A stretch of 64,000 bases of DNA from a virus: positions 32,001 to 96,000 of the IMG/VR virus record IMGVR_UViG_3300030329_003696; one strand, written 5' to 3'. Shown in pieces: positions 39,825 to 48,996 of the stretch. How positions within the stretch are numbered: position 1 is the first letter of the stretch; the number at the start of each line of letters is the position of its first letter. The position numbers and the translations under genes are program-made. The notes under the pieces were generated by a model that was not told the DNA's origin, made no database searches, and was given only the letters and a program-made list of their open reading frames with translations.

Positions 39825-42049
39825 ATCGCACACGCTCCAGATTCGCAATTCATGCCCTTCTCTGTTTCTCCGTCACCATCTGGAGTGTTAGCATAATAAA
39901 AGTTTTTTAACCCATATTTGTAGCCGTATATCTGATCTTTAATCAGCACACTGAGTGGGATATTACCATCTTCATAATGGGAGTAGTTGTAGTACAGATT
40001 TGTACTCATACTCATGTCCACAAACTTCTGTATTACTGCGGCTATATTTATAATAGCCGTGTTATCTGTCATTTCCCAAGCTAAAGTATAATGTTTTTTC
40101 CTCATGTGGTAATTTGGAACTAACTGTTTAAGGATTCCGTTCTTTGCTTTCTTGTGTATCAACAACGATCTAACGGGTTCAATTCCATTGGTAGAGTTCT
40201 GAATGACGGAGCTAGATTCACAAGGCATAATAGCAGATAAAGTAGAGTGCCTAAGACCATGTTCTTTAATCCTCTCACGCAACCCCTCCCAGTCCATGTT
40301 ATAGTTAGGTTTTATTAGTTCGTCTACAGTTTTTTTGTACCAATCGATTGGTAACAACCCCTGAGAATACTTTGTGTCTTCAAACTTAGGGCAAGAACCT
40401 TTTTCTTCAGCTAACTCACAACTAGCGTTGATAAGGTTCCACTGAATTTGTTCCATAGTTTCATGTACTAGCTCTAGTGCTTCAACATCTTCGTACTTCA
40501 GCTTGTTCTTAGCCAAGAAGCCAGCTAGATTGGTGATGCCAATACCCAAAGATCTTCTGTTTTTAGTAAATGTCTCACCAGCTAAAACTGGGTAATCTTG
40601 ATAGTCGATAACAGAGTCTAGAGTCCTAACCGCCATCCGGCAGGCGTCCTCTATGTCTTTCTCGTTACCTAGTTCTAATAAGTTTAGTGCCGAAAGAATA
40701 CAGATGCCTATTTCACCCTCTGGATCGTCAATGGATTGAATTGGTTGGGTCGGGTGGATGATTTCTTGACAAAGGTTGCTCATATAGCAAGGTGTCGCCC
40801 ATGACCCATGTGCATTAGCTGAGTCAATATTCATGCTATATATACGACCAGTTTCAAGTCTCTCCCGAGCAAAAATCTCAGCCAGTTTACGTGCTGATAC
40901 CTTCTTCTTGAACTTTAGCGAAGTGGCTCTCTCATATTTTAAATATAGCTCTTCAAATTTTTCATTATCACCAAACGCATCGTATAGACCAGTTGCCTCT
41001 TGAGGACTAAACAGGGTAACGTCTTCATTGGCTATTAATCGGTCATAAAAGATCTTGCAAAATTGAATGCTATAATCTAATTTACGAACACGATTATCGT
41101 CTGTTCCTGCGTTGTTCTTGAGAACCATAATGTCTTCAATTTCATAGTGCCAGAACGGTACATGGACCGTAGCAGATCCTCCACGTAGTCCATTCTGAGA
41201 CGTTGACTTTACAGCAGACTCAAAGTTTTTTAGATATGGAATTAGGCCCGTATGGATAACCTCACCACCCCTGATGGGAGAATTGATTGGTCTCATTCTT
41301 CCAATGTTGAGTCCAATTCCCGCTCTTCTCGCTGTATACTTGCCCACCGCATGAATACTCGAAAATATACCGTCAAGATTGTCATCAACATCAACCAAAA
41401 CGCAACTGGCGAACTGACGTATGTTAGTCCTAACACCAGCCATAATAGGAGTAGGAAGATTAATTTTGAATGTAGAATAACAGTCATAAGCTTTCTTTAC
41501 CTCATTTATGTCATCAAACAAGCACATTGCTATACACATATAAGCGAATTGAGGGGTCTCGTATATCGCTCCGGTGCTTCTGTTTTTTACTAGGTACTTA
41601 TCAATAAGTTGTTGTAGCCCAGCAAACGTGAATTTGTCATCTCTAGAGTGGTCTATATATTTTCCTAGCTTGTCAACGTCTTCAATAGACCATCTAGCTA
41701 GTATGGCTGGATCATAGACCGCATTATCTACGTTTCTTTGTAGGAACAACAAGAAGTCTGTTGGTTGGTCGCCATACCCCCAAACCTCTTTTCGTAGCTG
41801 CATATTTAACAGTCTTGCGGCAACATATTGGTAGTTGGGGTTGGTTTCAGAAATTAAGTCATTAGCCGACTTGATGAGTATCTGGTGTATGTCTGAGCTA
41901 CTAATCCCATCGTAAATAGAGAGATTTGCGTTCATGCAGATATCTGAGAATGAAACCCCATTAATACCCTTGGTAGCCCATTGAACGACTTTGTGAATTT
42001 TTTCTACGGAGAACTCTTCTTTTTCTCCGCTTCTTTTGGTGACGTGCAT
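39821..42049 (-). CDS. nrdA: class Ia ribonucleotide reductase alpha subunit with ATP cone
   Basis: VTKRSG, PTP, ASC, SNLCQE, NGIEP, C-terminal CESGACAI. Confidence 0.96.
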   Translation of the reverse strand: MHVTKRSGEKEEFSVEKIHKVVQWATKGINGVSFSDICMNANLSIYDGISSSDIHQILIKSANDLISETNPNYQYVAARLLNMQLRKEVWGYGDQPTDFLLFLQRNVDNAVYDPAILARWSIEDVDKLGKYIDHSRDDKFTFAGLQQLIDKYLVKNRSTGAIYETPQFAYMCIAMCLFDDINEVKKAYDCYSTFKINLPTPIMAGVRTNIRQFASCVLVDVDDNLDGIFSSIHAVGKYTARRAGIGLNIGRMRPINSPIRGGEVIHTGLIPYLKNFESAVKSTSQNGLRGGSATVHVPFWHYEIEDIMVLKNNAGTDDNRVRKLDYSIQFCKIFYDRLIANEDVTLFSPQEATGLYDAFGDNEKFEELYLKYERATSLKFKKKVSARKLAEIFARERLETGRIYSMNIDSANAHGSWATPCYMSNLCQEIIHPTQPIQSIDDPEGEIGICILSALNLLELGNEKDIEDACRMAVRTLDSVIDYQDYPVLAGETFTKNRRSLGIGITNLAGFLAKNKLKYEDVEALELVHETMEQIQWNLINASCELAEEKGSCPKFEDTKYSQGLLPIDWYKKTVDELIKPNYNMDWEGLRERIKEHGLRHSTLSAIMPCESSSVIQNSTNGIEPVRSLLIHKKAKNGILKQLVPNYHMRKKHYTLAWEMTDNTAIINIAAVIQKFVDMSMSTNLYYNYSHYEDGNIPLSVLIKDQIYGYKYGLKNFYYANTPDGDGETEKGMNCESGACAI

Positions 42050-42091
42050 TTAGTTATATCCTTATTATATCTGCGATGTTGGCACATCTTC

Positions 42092-42119
42092 ATTATAACA
42101 CATCTAGGCCGTAAGTCAA
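42092..42119 (-). promoter_or_regulatory. sigma70-type promoter for nrdA
   Basis: TTGACT-16-TATAAT. Confidence 0.55.
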
Positions 42120-42176
42120 GTGACTAGATGCAAATACCCCGCAATAATCTGCTGGCGACTACGGCGGGGCATTAAA

Positions 42177-42350
42177 TCATTTTAAAATTTTAATTTCTAC
42201 ATTATCACCAATCTTAATCAGTATAATGTCTTTTCCATTCTCCTTTGTGAAAGAAATCATATCGAGTATTTCAGTTGCCTTGTCTATGTCTTTTTGTTCT
42301 ACGTTTACATGTTCTAGTATTGATTCAACTATTTTGTCCGTGATGCCCAT
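42177..42350 (-). CDS. small hypothetical protein
   Basis: TAATG coupling to upstream ORF. Confidence 0.55.
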   Translation of the reverse strand: MGITDKIVESILEHVNVEQKDIDKATEILDMISFTKENGKDIILIKIGDNVEIKILK

Positions 42351-42820
42351 TATTGATGTACACCCCATGCGATAGCACTGAGTGAATCATGCAAGCTCTT
42401 TCTCTTTTTCGCTGTTAACTGACTATCTTCTAGACCTATTGTATTTACGATAATACTATCTATCTCTTCTCCAAGGTTGGGATACTTATCCTTTAGATCT
42501 AAGCCCGCAAAGTTAAGGCCACCAGACTTTATATTGAACTCTCTGAATTTTCCTGTGGAGTCCAAAAATCCGGGATCTGACTTAACTACATCTGCGACCT
42601 CTAGGAAGAAGTCCGATATCTGCGTTGCGTCTTTTTTATCTATATCCATATCTACAACCTTCTGAACGAGCGTTTTGTATTCCAAAGTTGGCTCGTCCAC
42701 GTTAACTGACGGTGTGTTAACAATCTCTACGTTATTTTTTACAATTTCAATGATCTGTTCGCCAAAGAAAGCAGCTACCACAAGGATGGTGGCTAGTATT
42801 AGCTTTACAGTATTAGGCAT
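42350..42820 (-). CDS. membrane-anchored extracytoplasmic protein
   Basis: N-terminal TM/signal, helical body. Confidence 0.65.
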   Translation of the reverse strand: MPNTVKLILATILVVAAFFGEQIIEIVKNNVEIVNTPSVNVDEPTLEYKTLVQKVVDMDIDKKDATQISDFFLEVADVVKSDPGFLDSTGKFREFNIKSGGLNFAGLDLKDKYPNLGEEIDSIIVNTIGLEDSQLTAKKRKSLHDSLSAIAWGVHQ

Positions 42821-43103
42821 TTTTCACCTCTCTATCGTCCACCTTTGGAACAAAGAGAGGGAAGATCTTATCTAATTCGTCACAAGCAGAGTTTAGTTTT
42901 GCTTTCTCACAGCTAACCTTTAGATGCTCCCAACACCTGATAATTTCCACCAAGGAAGAGTCCTTCGGGATTCCGTCTTGGGGAATATATGGCTTTACAT
43001 CGCTAGGTTTAAAACTAGAGGCAAAGCCTTTAATATGGGGCCAAAAAACACTCAGTGCTAATATGGCCGCTCCAACAAGCATAATAATTTGAAAAGTGTT
43101 CAT
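42813..43103 (-). CDS. single-TM protein
   Basis: IIMLVGAAILALSVFW; C..C..C. Confidence 0.6.
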   Translation of the reverse strand: MNTFQIIMLVGAAILALSVFWPHIKGFASSFKPSDVKPYIPQDGIPKDSSLVEIIRCWEHLKVSCEKAKLNSACDELDKIFPLFVPKVDDREVKNA

Positions 43104-43105
43104 CT

Positions 43106-43447
43106 TTACTCCTGTATACTTTCCATTAAATCAAACAATTCTCTTTCTGAAAGTGTTTTTGACACCTCTGAGAAACTTTTGTATAACGCTTTTCTTTCGT
43201 CCTTGCCTTTAAAATTCTTCCTTATTTCTTTTCTTATTAGATATCTATGGATAATGTTGTCGGATCGAATTGCCGACAACATTTTTTCTTTCGAGTAACA
43301 CATATATAATAGCTTAACTACGGATATAATGCAATTACAAATTGCCATAATGGTGAACGGATCAAAAGAAAACTTGTCACATCTTGATTGTGCGTGTGCT
43401 AGTATTCTTCGACCGATCAATTGTTGTGCTTCTGGTAAATCACTCAT
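43106..43447 (-). CDS. hypothetical protein
   Basis: FSFDPFTIMAI hydrophobic segment. Confidence 0.6.
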   Translation of the reverse strand: MSDLPEAQQLIGRRILAHAQSRCDKFSFDPFTIMAICNCIISVVKLLYMCYSKEKMLSAIRSDNIIHRYLIRKEIRKNFKGKDERKALYKSFSEVSKTLSERELFDLMESIQE

Positions 43448-44126
43448 CGTTTAATTTCTCCTGTATAGTCTCAACCATTTTACTAGCATCCATAAAGCCC
43501 GAAAATCTATGTACTGGGTTTTCTAGGTTATCATGATCGAGAAAAATTACGGTCGGGTAATACTTTACTTTGTAGTACAAAAAAAACTTCTTATGATCTG
43601 GATTATCCTCGTCATAAATAATAAGTTTTGCCTTCTTCTGCTCTATCGCTTCTTTGACCCTCCTGCTTGCCCAAGTCTGCTGTTTCATTTTCTCGCATGG
43701 GCCACACCACTTCGCTCCAAAATGATAGATGTAGAATTCTGGATCGTCTGAAGATATCAAAAAGTCTTGGGATGACTCTTTTTTTTTAACGTCTTCTTTT
43801 AGGGGGAAACATTGACCACTTTCTTGACAGTTACACTCTTGTTTATCGCAGCCGCAGTCACACCCACTGTTTGGCTTTGGGTCTGGCTCAGGCTTAACTT
43901 TGTCTTCGCACGCAGAACATCCGGGGCATTCTGTTTTGTGACCATCTCCGTGAGTAATCCATCCAGAACCATCACACTTTTCTTCTACTGTGTCCTCATC
44001 TTCAGTCATTATGACTTTGGCTAGGTTTGTAGATATATATGGTCTATGGTTTATGTTGTCTTCGTTCCCTGTAAAATTGAATGTCACTAAAGCTGAGGCT
44101 AAAAGCCAAGTACCTAGTATTTTCAT
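43440..44126 (-). CDS. exported thioredoxin-domain protein with Cys-rich linker
   Basis: signal peptide; CDGSG..CPGCSAC, CDCGC..CNC; AKWCGPC; YPT cis-Pro. Confidence 0.85.
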   Translation of the reverse strand: MKILGTWLLASALVTFNFTGNEDNINHRPYISTNLAKVIMTEDEDTVEEKCDGSGWITHGDGHKTECPGCSACEDKVKPEPDPKPNSGCDCGCDKQECNCQESGQCFPLKEDVKKKESSQDFLISSDDPEFYIYHFGAKWCGPCEKMKQQTWASRRVKEAIEQKKAKLIIYDEDNPDHKKFFLYYKVKYYPTVIFLDHDNLENPVHRFSGFMDASKMVETIQEKLNDE

Positions 44127-44135
44127 GATAGCACC

Positions 44136-45062
44136 CTATAGGTATGATGATGTACCGTAATCTGGTAAGTTTCTAGCTGGAAAACCTTCCACGTCACTAA
44201 AAACCCAAGATCCTTGTTCTGCCAACATTCCTCTGGCGTCCTTTTCACGTATCCAAAAACTACCTTCTGGTTGACCATGTACTTTTGGCCCACTATTCCA
44301 TTTACCCCAACTGTTTTGAACTAGGAAGAGGGTTTCTCGAAACCGTTTTTTGGTGTCATCACAAGCTATCCAAGCCATAGCATGGTTCCAGCCGGAGCCA
44401 CGCTTGGCAATCCCGTTAGTATCCCTACGACTGCTGAACCCATACCCTGAGCATACGCTGAGAGCGTAACCATTAGAGAGTGCATCTCTAGCTTCTTCGA
44501 CTGTGGTTATCATTGAAATAGTTTTTACCTGATGCTTTTTAGCCTCTGTAGAATAAATCTTAGAGGGTATTTGATGTCTAGCACCAAGGGCTGAGTTGTA
44601 TGTAGAGAGATCTACTTCGCCATAGTCTTTTCTTAGTAGAATACCGCCCTTAGAGTGGACGTACTTAGCGGCACCGGAACAGGTCATGCCTTGTCCTCTG
44701 TGGCCCCTAGATTGATATATTGCCTCTGTAGCACTGCGAGTTTCAAAAGATTCTAACTCGCCTTTTATGTCTATCTCCACTGCTCTCGTTATATCGACGG
44801 CGTTTCTGGTGGAGTGAGAAACACAGTCTCCTGTCGTTTGCCTTTCAGACGGCCCAAAACTTGAATCAAACTTCAGCAAAGACTTAAACGGCAGGGAGAG
44901 TTTACCCTCTCCGCTACCGAAAAGTCTGTAGGCGGTCGCACCAAAAATAGGTGTTTTTAACTTTGCGAGAAGCTCTGCTGTTTCTTCTGGGTCGCAGATG
45001 CTTCCCTCAAAACCGTTTCTGTAGGCATTCAACAATTCCCTCGGACTGCTGAATGTGTCCAT
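44136..45062 (-). CDS. papain-like (C1) cysteine peptidase
   Basis: QTTGDCVS (oxyanion Q, catalytic C), WNHAM, VQNSWG. Confidence 0.85.
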   Translation of the reverse strand: MDTFSSPRELLNAYRNGFEGSICDPEETAELLAKLKTPIFGATAYRLFGSGEGKLSLPFKSLLKFDSSFGPSERQTTGDCVSHSTRNAVDITRAVEIDIKGELESFETRSATEAIYQSRGHRGQGMTCSGAAKYVHSKGGILLRKDYGEVDLSTYNSALGARHQIPSKIYSTEAKKHQVKTISMITTVEEARDALSNGYALSVCSGYGFSSRRDTNGIAKRGSGWNHAMAWIACDDTKKRFRETLFLVQNSWGKWNSGPKVHGQPEGSFWIREKDARGMLAEQGSWVFSDVEGFPARNLPDYGTSSYL

Positions 45063-45064
45063 TA

Positions 45065-45277
45065 TTACTCCTCGTCTTTGTTGTCTTTAAGCCATTTAAT
45101 GGCGGTATCCAAACCAACAGCAACGATGGGTACAAAAAGTGTACCAAGAGTACCTAGATCAATTTGATCCAAATTGCCAGCTACGTAGGTAAGAGCTGCT
45201 GCTCCACCCACCAACAGGGCGTTCTTGCCGATCTTAGAAATATCGGCCCAGTTTAGTGTAAATTTCTTAGAACCCAT
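45065..45277 (-). CDS. holin-like two-TM protein
   Basis: 70 aa, two hydrophobic helices, charged C-terminus KWLKDNKDEE. Confidence 0.6.
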   Translation of the reverse strand: MGSKKFTLNWADISKIGKNALLVGGAAALTYVAGNLDQIDLGTLGTLFVPIVAVGLDTAIKWLKDNKDEE

Positions 45278-45278
45278 A

Positions 45279-45854
45279 TCAGTTCTCCTTATAAAGATGA
45301 ATTAAAAAACCTTCGTGAGACTTTTCACTGATCCTGTACGGATAACCTAAAAAGTGAATTTTCTGTCCATGTACCGATTCAGTCTCTATATCGACTCTCC
45401 TGCACATTCTGAGGCAGGAATTGAACTCCTTTAAGAACTCTTCTCTTTCTTCCTCATTTATTATAGAAATCCAGTCAAGCCCCTCCGTGAAATCTCCATT
45501 GTCTTTCGTTAGTTCTTGAAAAGATTCATTGCTCCAAGTCACTCTACCGGTTTTATCAGTTTCAAAGAGAGGTCTACCGGTGTAGTGAAGTGCCGCTTTT
45601 GATCTTTGGTCTAAAACCTTTTGCGTTACTTCTATCCTTTGACAAGTATCCTTAAGGCAGTTGATTGCGTCTTTCATTGAGCCTCCGCCGTTTGGCGTGA
45701 CTTCGCTTTTAATAGTCTCGATAGAATCCTTTAAATACTCATGATCTTTTAGAAAAACCCTGCTAACCTTGAACACCCTCCACAAGAAAATAATTAATGA
45801 TCCACCAAGCCCTAATATTGTACCTATAGTTGTAGCTTCTTCTTGTGATAACAT
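45279..45854 (-). CDS. TM + coiled coil + PAS-domain protein
   Basis: N-terminal TM; EVTPNGGGSMKD; FETDKTGRVTWSN..GLDWISIINEEER PAS pattern. Confidence 0.7.
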   Translation of the reverse strand: MLSQEEATTIGTILGLGGSLIIFLWRVFKVSRVFLKDHEYLKDSIETIKSEVTPNGGGSMKDAINCLKDTCQRIEVTQKVLDQRSKAALHYTGRPLFETDKTGRVTWSNESFQELTKDNGDFTEGLDWISIINEEEREEFLKEFNSCLRMCRRVDIETESVHGQKIHFLGYPYRISEKSHEGFLIHLYKEN

Positions 45855-45869
45855 TTTAAGCTCCCAGTG

Positions 45870-45911
45870 TTAAAAATACCCCACCCCCCAGAGGGGAGCG
45901 GGGGTTTTTAA
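45870..45911 (-). terminator. intrinsic terminator
   Basis: AAAAACCCCCGCTCCCC-TCT-GGGGGGTGGGGTATTTTT on minus strand. Confidence 0.75.
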
Positions 45912-45928
45912 GATGCACGTACAGGGGT

Positions 45929-46591
45929 TTAGATCACGCCGCTTTCTGGGGTGTCTTTACCTTTGTACTGATCCTGTTTCGGATTCTTACCACCAAACAT
46001 GTAGGTAAGTTCACCCGGAACAGCTCTGGTCGTATTAGCTTCATTGTCACTAGCAGCAACGTCTCCAGCACCACTTGGTGCTACCATGTTTACGTCGTTG
46101 GCAGCACCAGTTCTACTAGTTACGAAACCATTAATGGTTGTAGATGGGGTAGCTAGAATATCAATGACCGTATCACCGATTTTCTTACGCTTGTTGTTTG
46201 ACGTAACATTGCTTCTAGTTGCGTCCATACCTTCGCTATCAGCCGCACCGCCAATCAGCTTGGTGTTCGCTGCGTTGTTGAGAGTAGTGGTAACATTACC
46301 ACCCTGAACAACCCACTGAGTTGCGGTTGAATTGTATGCAATGGTTCCAGCTTGACCAGCTCTAGCTTGACTAACACCGGCTCTGTCTGTGGTATTAGCA
46401 CCCGAACCAGCATTTACTACAACCTTAGAACCAAAGCTCTCGCCAAAATCATCAGCGATGTCAGCGAGGCTAAGGTTCTTGGTCATGACTCCGGCGGCAT
46501 TGCTACCACCGTGGATGACGGTACCACCATCATTTTTTGCACCAGCTCCGACAGCTTCGTCGCCAGCACCACTTGGACGTACAGTAGGCAT
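45929..46591 (-). CDS. Gly/Ala/Thr-rich protein, probable virion structural component
   Basis: composition; own upstream TATAAT element and downstream terminator. Confidence 0.55.
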   Translation of the reverse strand: MPTVRPSGAGDEAVGAGAKNDGGTVIHGGSNAAGVMTKNLSLADIADDFGESFGSKVVVNAGSGANTTDRAGVSQARAGQAGTIAYNSTATQWVVQGGNVTTTLNNAANTKLIGGAADSEGMDATRSNVTSNNKRKKIGDTVIDILATPSTTINGFVTSRTGAANDVNMVAPSGAGDVAASDNEANTTRAVPGELTYMFGGKNPKQDQYKGKDTPESGVI

Positions 46592-46672
46592 AAGGAATCT
46601 CCTTAAATAAGATAAATGAAATAAATTGTTTAGATTCCTTTTGTCCTGTAATGTAGTCCGTTTCCTGATATA

Positions 46673-47140
46673 TTATACACCATAACTCATTGATTTTCTC
46701 AACTTTTTTAGGTTTTTTTGCAACCTTATTCGTATAGTTTCTCCGCAAACCCCTCTGTCTTTTGCGATTTCGTTAATTGTCATATTTTTGTAAAACCTGT
46801 CATATATTAATTCGGGATCGTCGCACTGCTGTATTTCGTCCAGCATGTCAACTCTCTCCGTGTCATTTCGCTTCTCAGGCACACTTATTGTTAGCTGATT
46901 GGTTCTAGCTAGGTTGAACTTTCTCTGAGTCAAGCACTCAAACACAACCCCTCTATGTATAAAAGAAGTTAATTTACATTTACTTCCCGTTTTATACCTC
47001 TTTTTAGCTTTCCATAATGCTGAGAGTATACAGCTCTGAATTTCGTCCCTAGACAATGTAGAGGAAAAAGATGACGCAGCCTTATTTGCAACCTTCACAA
47101 TGTCCTCATTTGATAAATAATCCTCAATACCATTACTCAA
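46673..47140 (-). CDS. phage sigma70-family (ECF-like) sigma factor
   Basis: region 2 (DEIQS..ALWKA..Y..LTSF) and region 4 HTH (MTINEIAKDRGVCGETIRIR). Confidence 0.78.
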   Translation of the reverse strand: MSNGIEDYLSNEDIVKVANKAASSFSSTLSRDEIQSCILSALWKAKKRYKTGSKCKLTSFIHRGVVFECLTQRKFNLARTNQLTISVPEKRNDTERVDMLDEIQQCDDPELIYDRFYKNMTINEIAKDRGVCGETIRIRLQKNLKKLRKSMSYGV

Positions 47141-47597
47141 TATTATTCTCCTTTTTAATTATTGTTTGTTCTATTTTCTTTCTGACATCTTTAAAATCAA
47201 ACATCTTTCCGACGCCAACAAAGAATCTATATCTACTACAAATCTTAAGGGCTTCTACACCCTCAGTTTGATCTAATGCTGTTTTAATGTCCTCTGTTAT
47301 GTTAAAGTTTGTGTGACCCATCCAACAATCAAAATTTGTTACTAAATTTATATTTTCAATAAGTTTGTCGTCAACTGGTATAAAACTTTCCTGCGGGTGA
47401 TTCATTTGTTGTCCACCCTGAGACTTTAACAATTCTTCTATTTCTTCTTCAGTAAAATCTTCTAGCTCTGTTATTTCACCGACCTCTGAAAGCATGTTAT
47501 CCTGAAATGATCTGTAGAGCTGTTGAAATAAAGGCGATTGCATTTGCTCTTCCAGCATGTCTTCATATTTTTGCCAGCCTATTTTATTTTCACTCAT
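47133..47597 (-). CDS. conserved phage hypothetical protein
   Basis: WMGHTNFNIT..GVE..SRYRF. Confidence 0.65.
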   Translation of the reverse strand: MSENKIGWQKYEDMLEEQMQSPLFQQLYRSFQDNMLSEVGEITELEDFTEEEIEELLKSQGGQQMNHPQESFIPVDDKLIENINLVTNFDCWMGHTNFNITEDIKTALDQTEGVEALKICSRYRFFVGVGKMFDFKDVRKKIEQTIIKKENNIE

Positions 47598-47606
47598 GAT
47601 ATTCTC

Positions 47607-47957
47607 CTATAGTATATCTGAAGGTTTGATGCACGGCTCGTTGCTTCCTTTTTGGTCTTCCTCCTTAAGTTCCTTTGACTGTTGCATTTTGGTTAGTAAT
47701 GATTCCGATTTAAGTAATATTTGTGAAATAAGAAGCTCAAGCTCCTCACCCTTACCATCCTCTAGGAACGCATCTTTTACTATGTTCATGGTTTGAACTT
47801 GAAACTGCACGGATGGAATTGATGCTAAGAGTGTTGATAAATGAGTTAGGGTTTGCTCTTCATAATCTTCTATATTAATATCTACTGAGTACTCATTGTC
47901 ATAATCTATACTGTAGCAAACAATTATCTTTTTATTCGTCTTTTGTTCATCAGACAT
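47607..47957 (-). CDS. hypothetical protein
   Basis: ORF. Confidence 0.6.
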   Translation of the reverse strand: MSDEQKTNKKIIVCYSIDYDNEYSVDINIEDYEEQTLTHLSTLLASIPSVQFQVQTMNIVKDAFLEDGKGEELELLISQILLKSESLLTKMQQSKELKEEDQKGSNEPCIKPSDIL

Positions 47958-48996
47958 CTAATAAATCCATTATTTTGCTGGCAGAGTTGTCCCAACAGAA
48001 CCTCTTGGCTGTTTCTATACCAGCTTGATTAATCGTACCCTTCTTGTCGAGTATAAACCTCATCATTTTCATGCTCAAATCCCACTCTTCATGACTACCA
48101 ATTTTAGCCCATTTTCCTTGACCAAAGAACCATTTATTGTCAAACGCCAGTTCTGTATCTTTTATCGTCACTAAGCCCGCATTTTCTTTAGTACAAAATT
48201 CAGTATGGGCTGAATAATCAGTGGCTATTACGTGTTTACCACAAGACATCATCTCTAGGAGTTCTAAGTTCCAACCTTCTCCACGAGAGGGGAACACTCC
48301 ACAATCTACTTGGGACATAATATTATACACTTCTGCCTGTGTCTCAGCCCTTGGAATAATCTTGACATTTGGGTGAGAATAAAGATTTAGCCATTTATTT
48401 TCTTCTTCTGGGGAGTTGAACGGATTTGAACACATCATCCATAATTCTGCATCTTCTCCATGCTCAACAACCTTCTTGAAAGCGTTAATGAGAATATCGT
48501 GACCCTTACGAACCTCCCATTTACCACAATTAAAAAAGATTGTTTTATCGTCTTCTCTTACTGGTGCTGGGGAAAATAGTTCTGCGTCTACACCAAGAGG
48601 AACAACATCAACATGGGGTACATACGTTTGATCCAAGCATACATTTTTTGCCCACTCTGAACAAACCATTAATCTGTCACAGGAATTTAGGTGGTGCTTT
48701 TCTAAATCGCTAAAGGTATCTAACTCAAAGATGGGAAAGCCAATGAACTTGCCTGACCCTATACGTTCTGCCATCTGGTTCTGATGCCAAATCTTAATAC
48801 AGGGTGCATAAGCATCAAATCTCTTAGACGTTTCTACAGCACTCCTGACGGCATCTGCATCTGCCTGACTGGTAACTTGAGGTTGTCCAATCGGGAACAG
48901 GGATACGTTCGCCCTTTTTTGCAATGCTTTAAGGATGTTTAATCCAGCTACGCCGTAGCCAAGCTGATTGATTGGAGCCATTAAGTTTATGTTCAC
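47950..48996 (-). CDS. GT4 glycosyltransferase
   Basis: GKWEVRKG, PSRGEGWNLELLEMMSCGK. Confidence 0.88.
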   Translation of the reverse strand: MNINLMAPINQLGYGVAGLNILKALQKRANVSLFPIGQPQVTSQADADAVRSAVETSKRFDAYAPCIKIWHQNQMAERIGSGKFIGFPIFELDTFSDLEKHHLNSCDRLMVCSEWAKNVCLDQTYVPHVDVVPLGVDAELFSPAPVREDDKTIFFNCGKWEVRKGHDILINAFKKVVEHGEDAELWMMCSNPFNSPEEENKWLNLYSHPNVKIIPRAETQAEVYNIMSQVDCGVFPSRGEGWNLELLEMMSCGKHVIATDYSAHTEFCTKENAGLVTIKDTELAFDNKWFFGQGKWAKIGSHEEWDLSMKMMRFILDKKGTINQAGIETAKRFCWDNSASKIMDLLDV

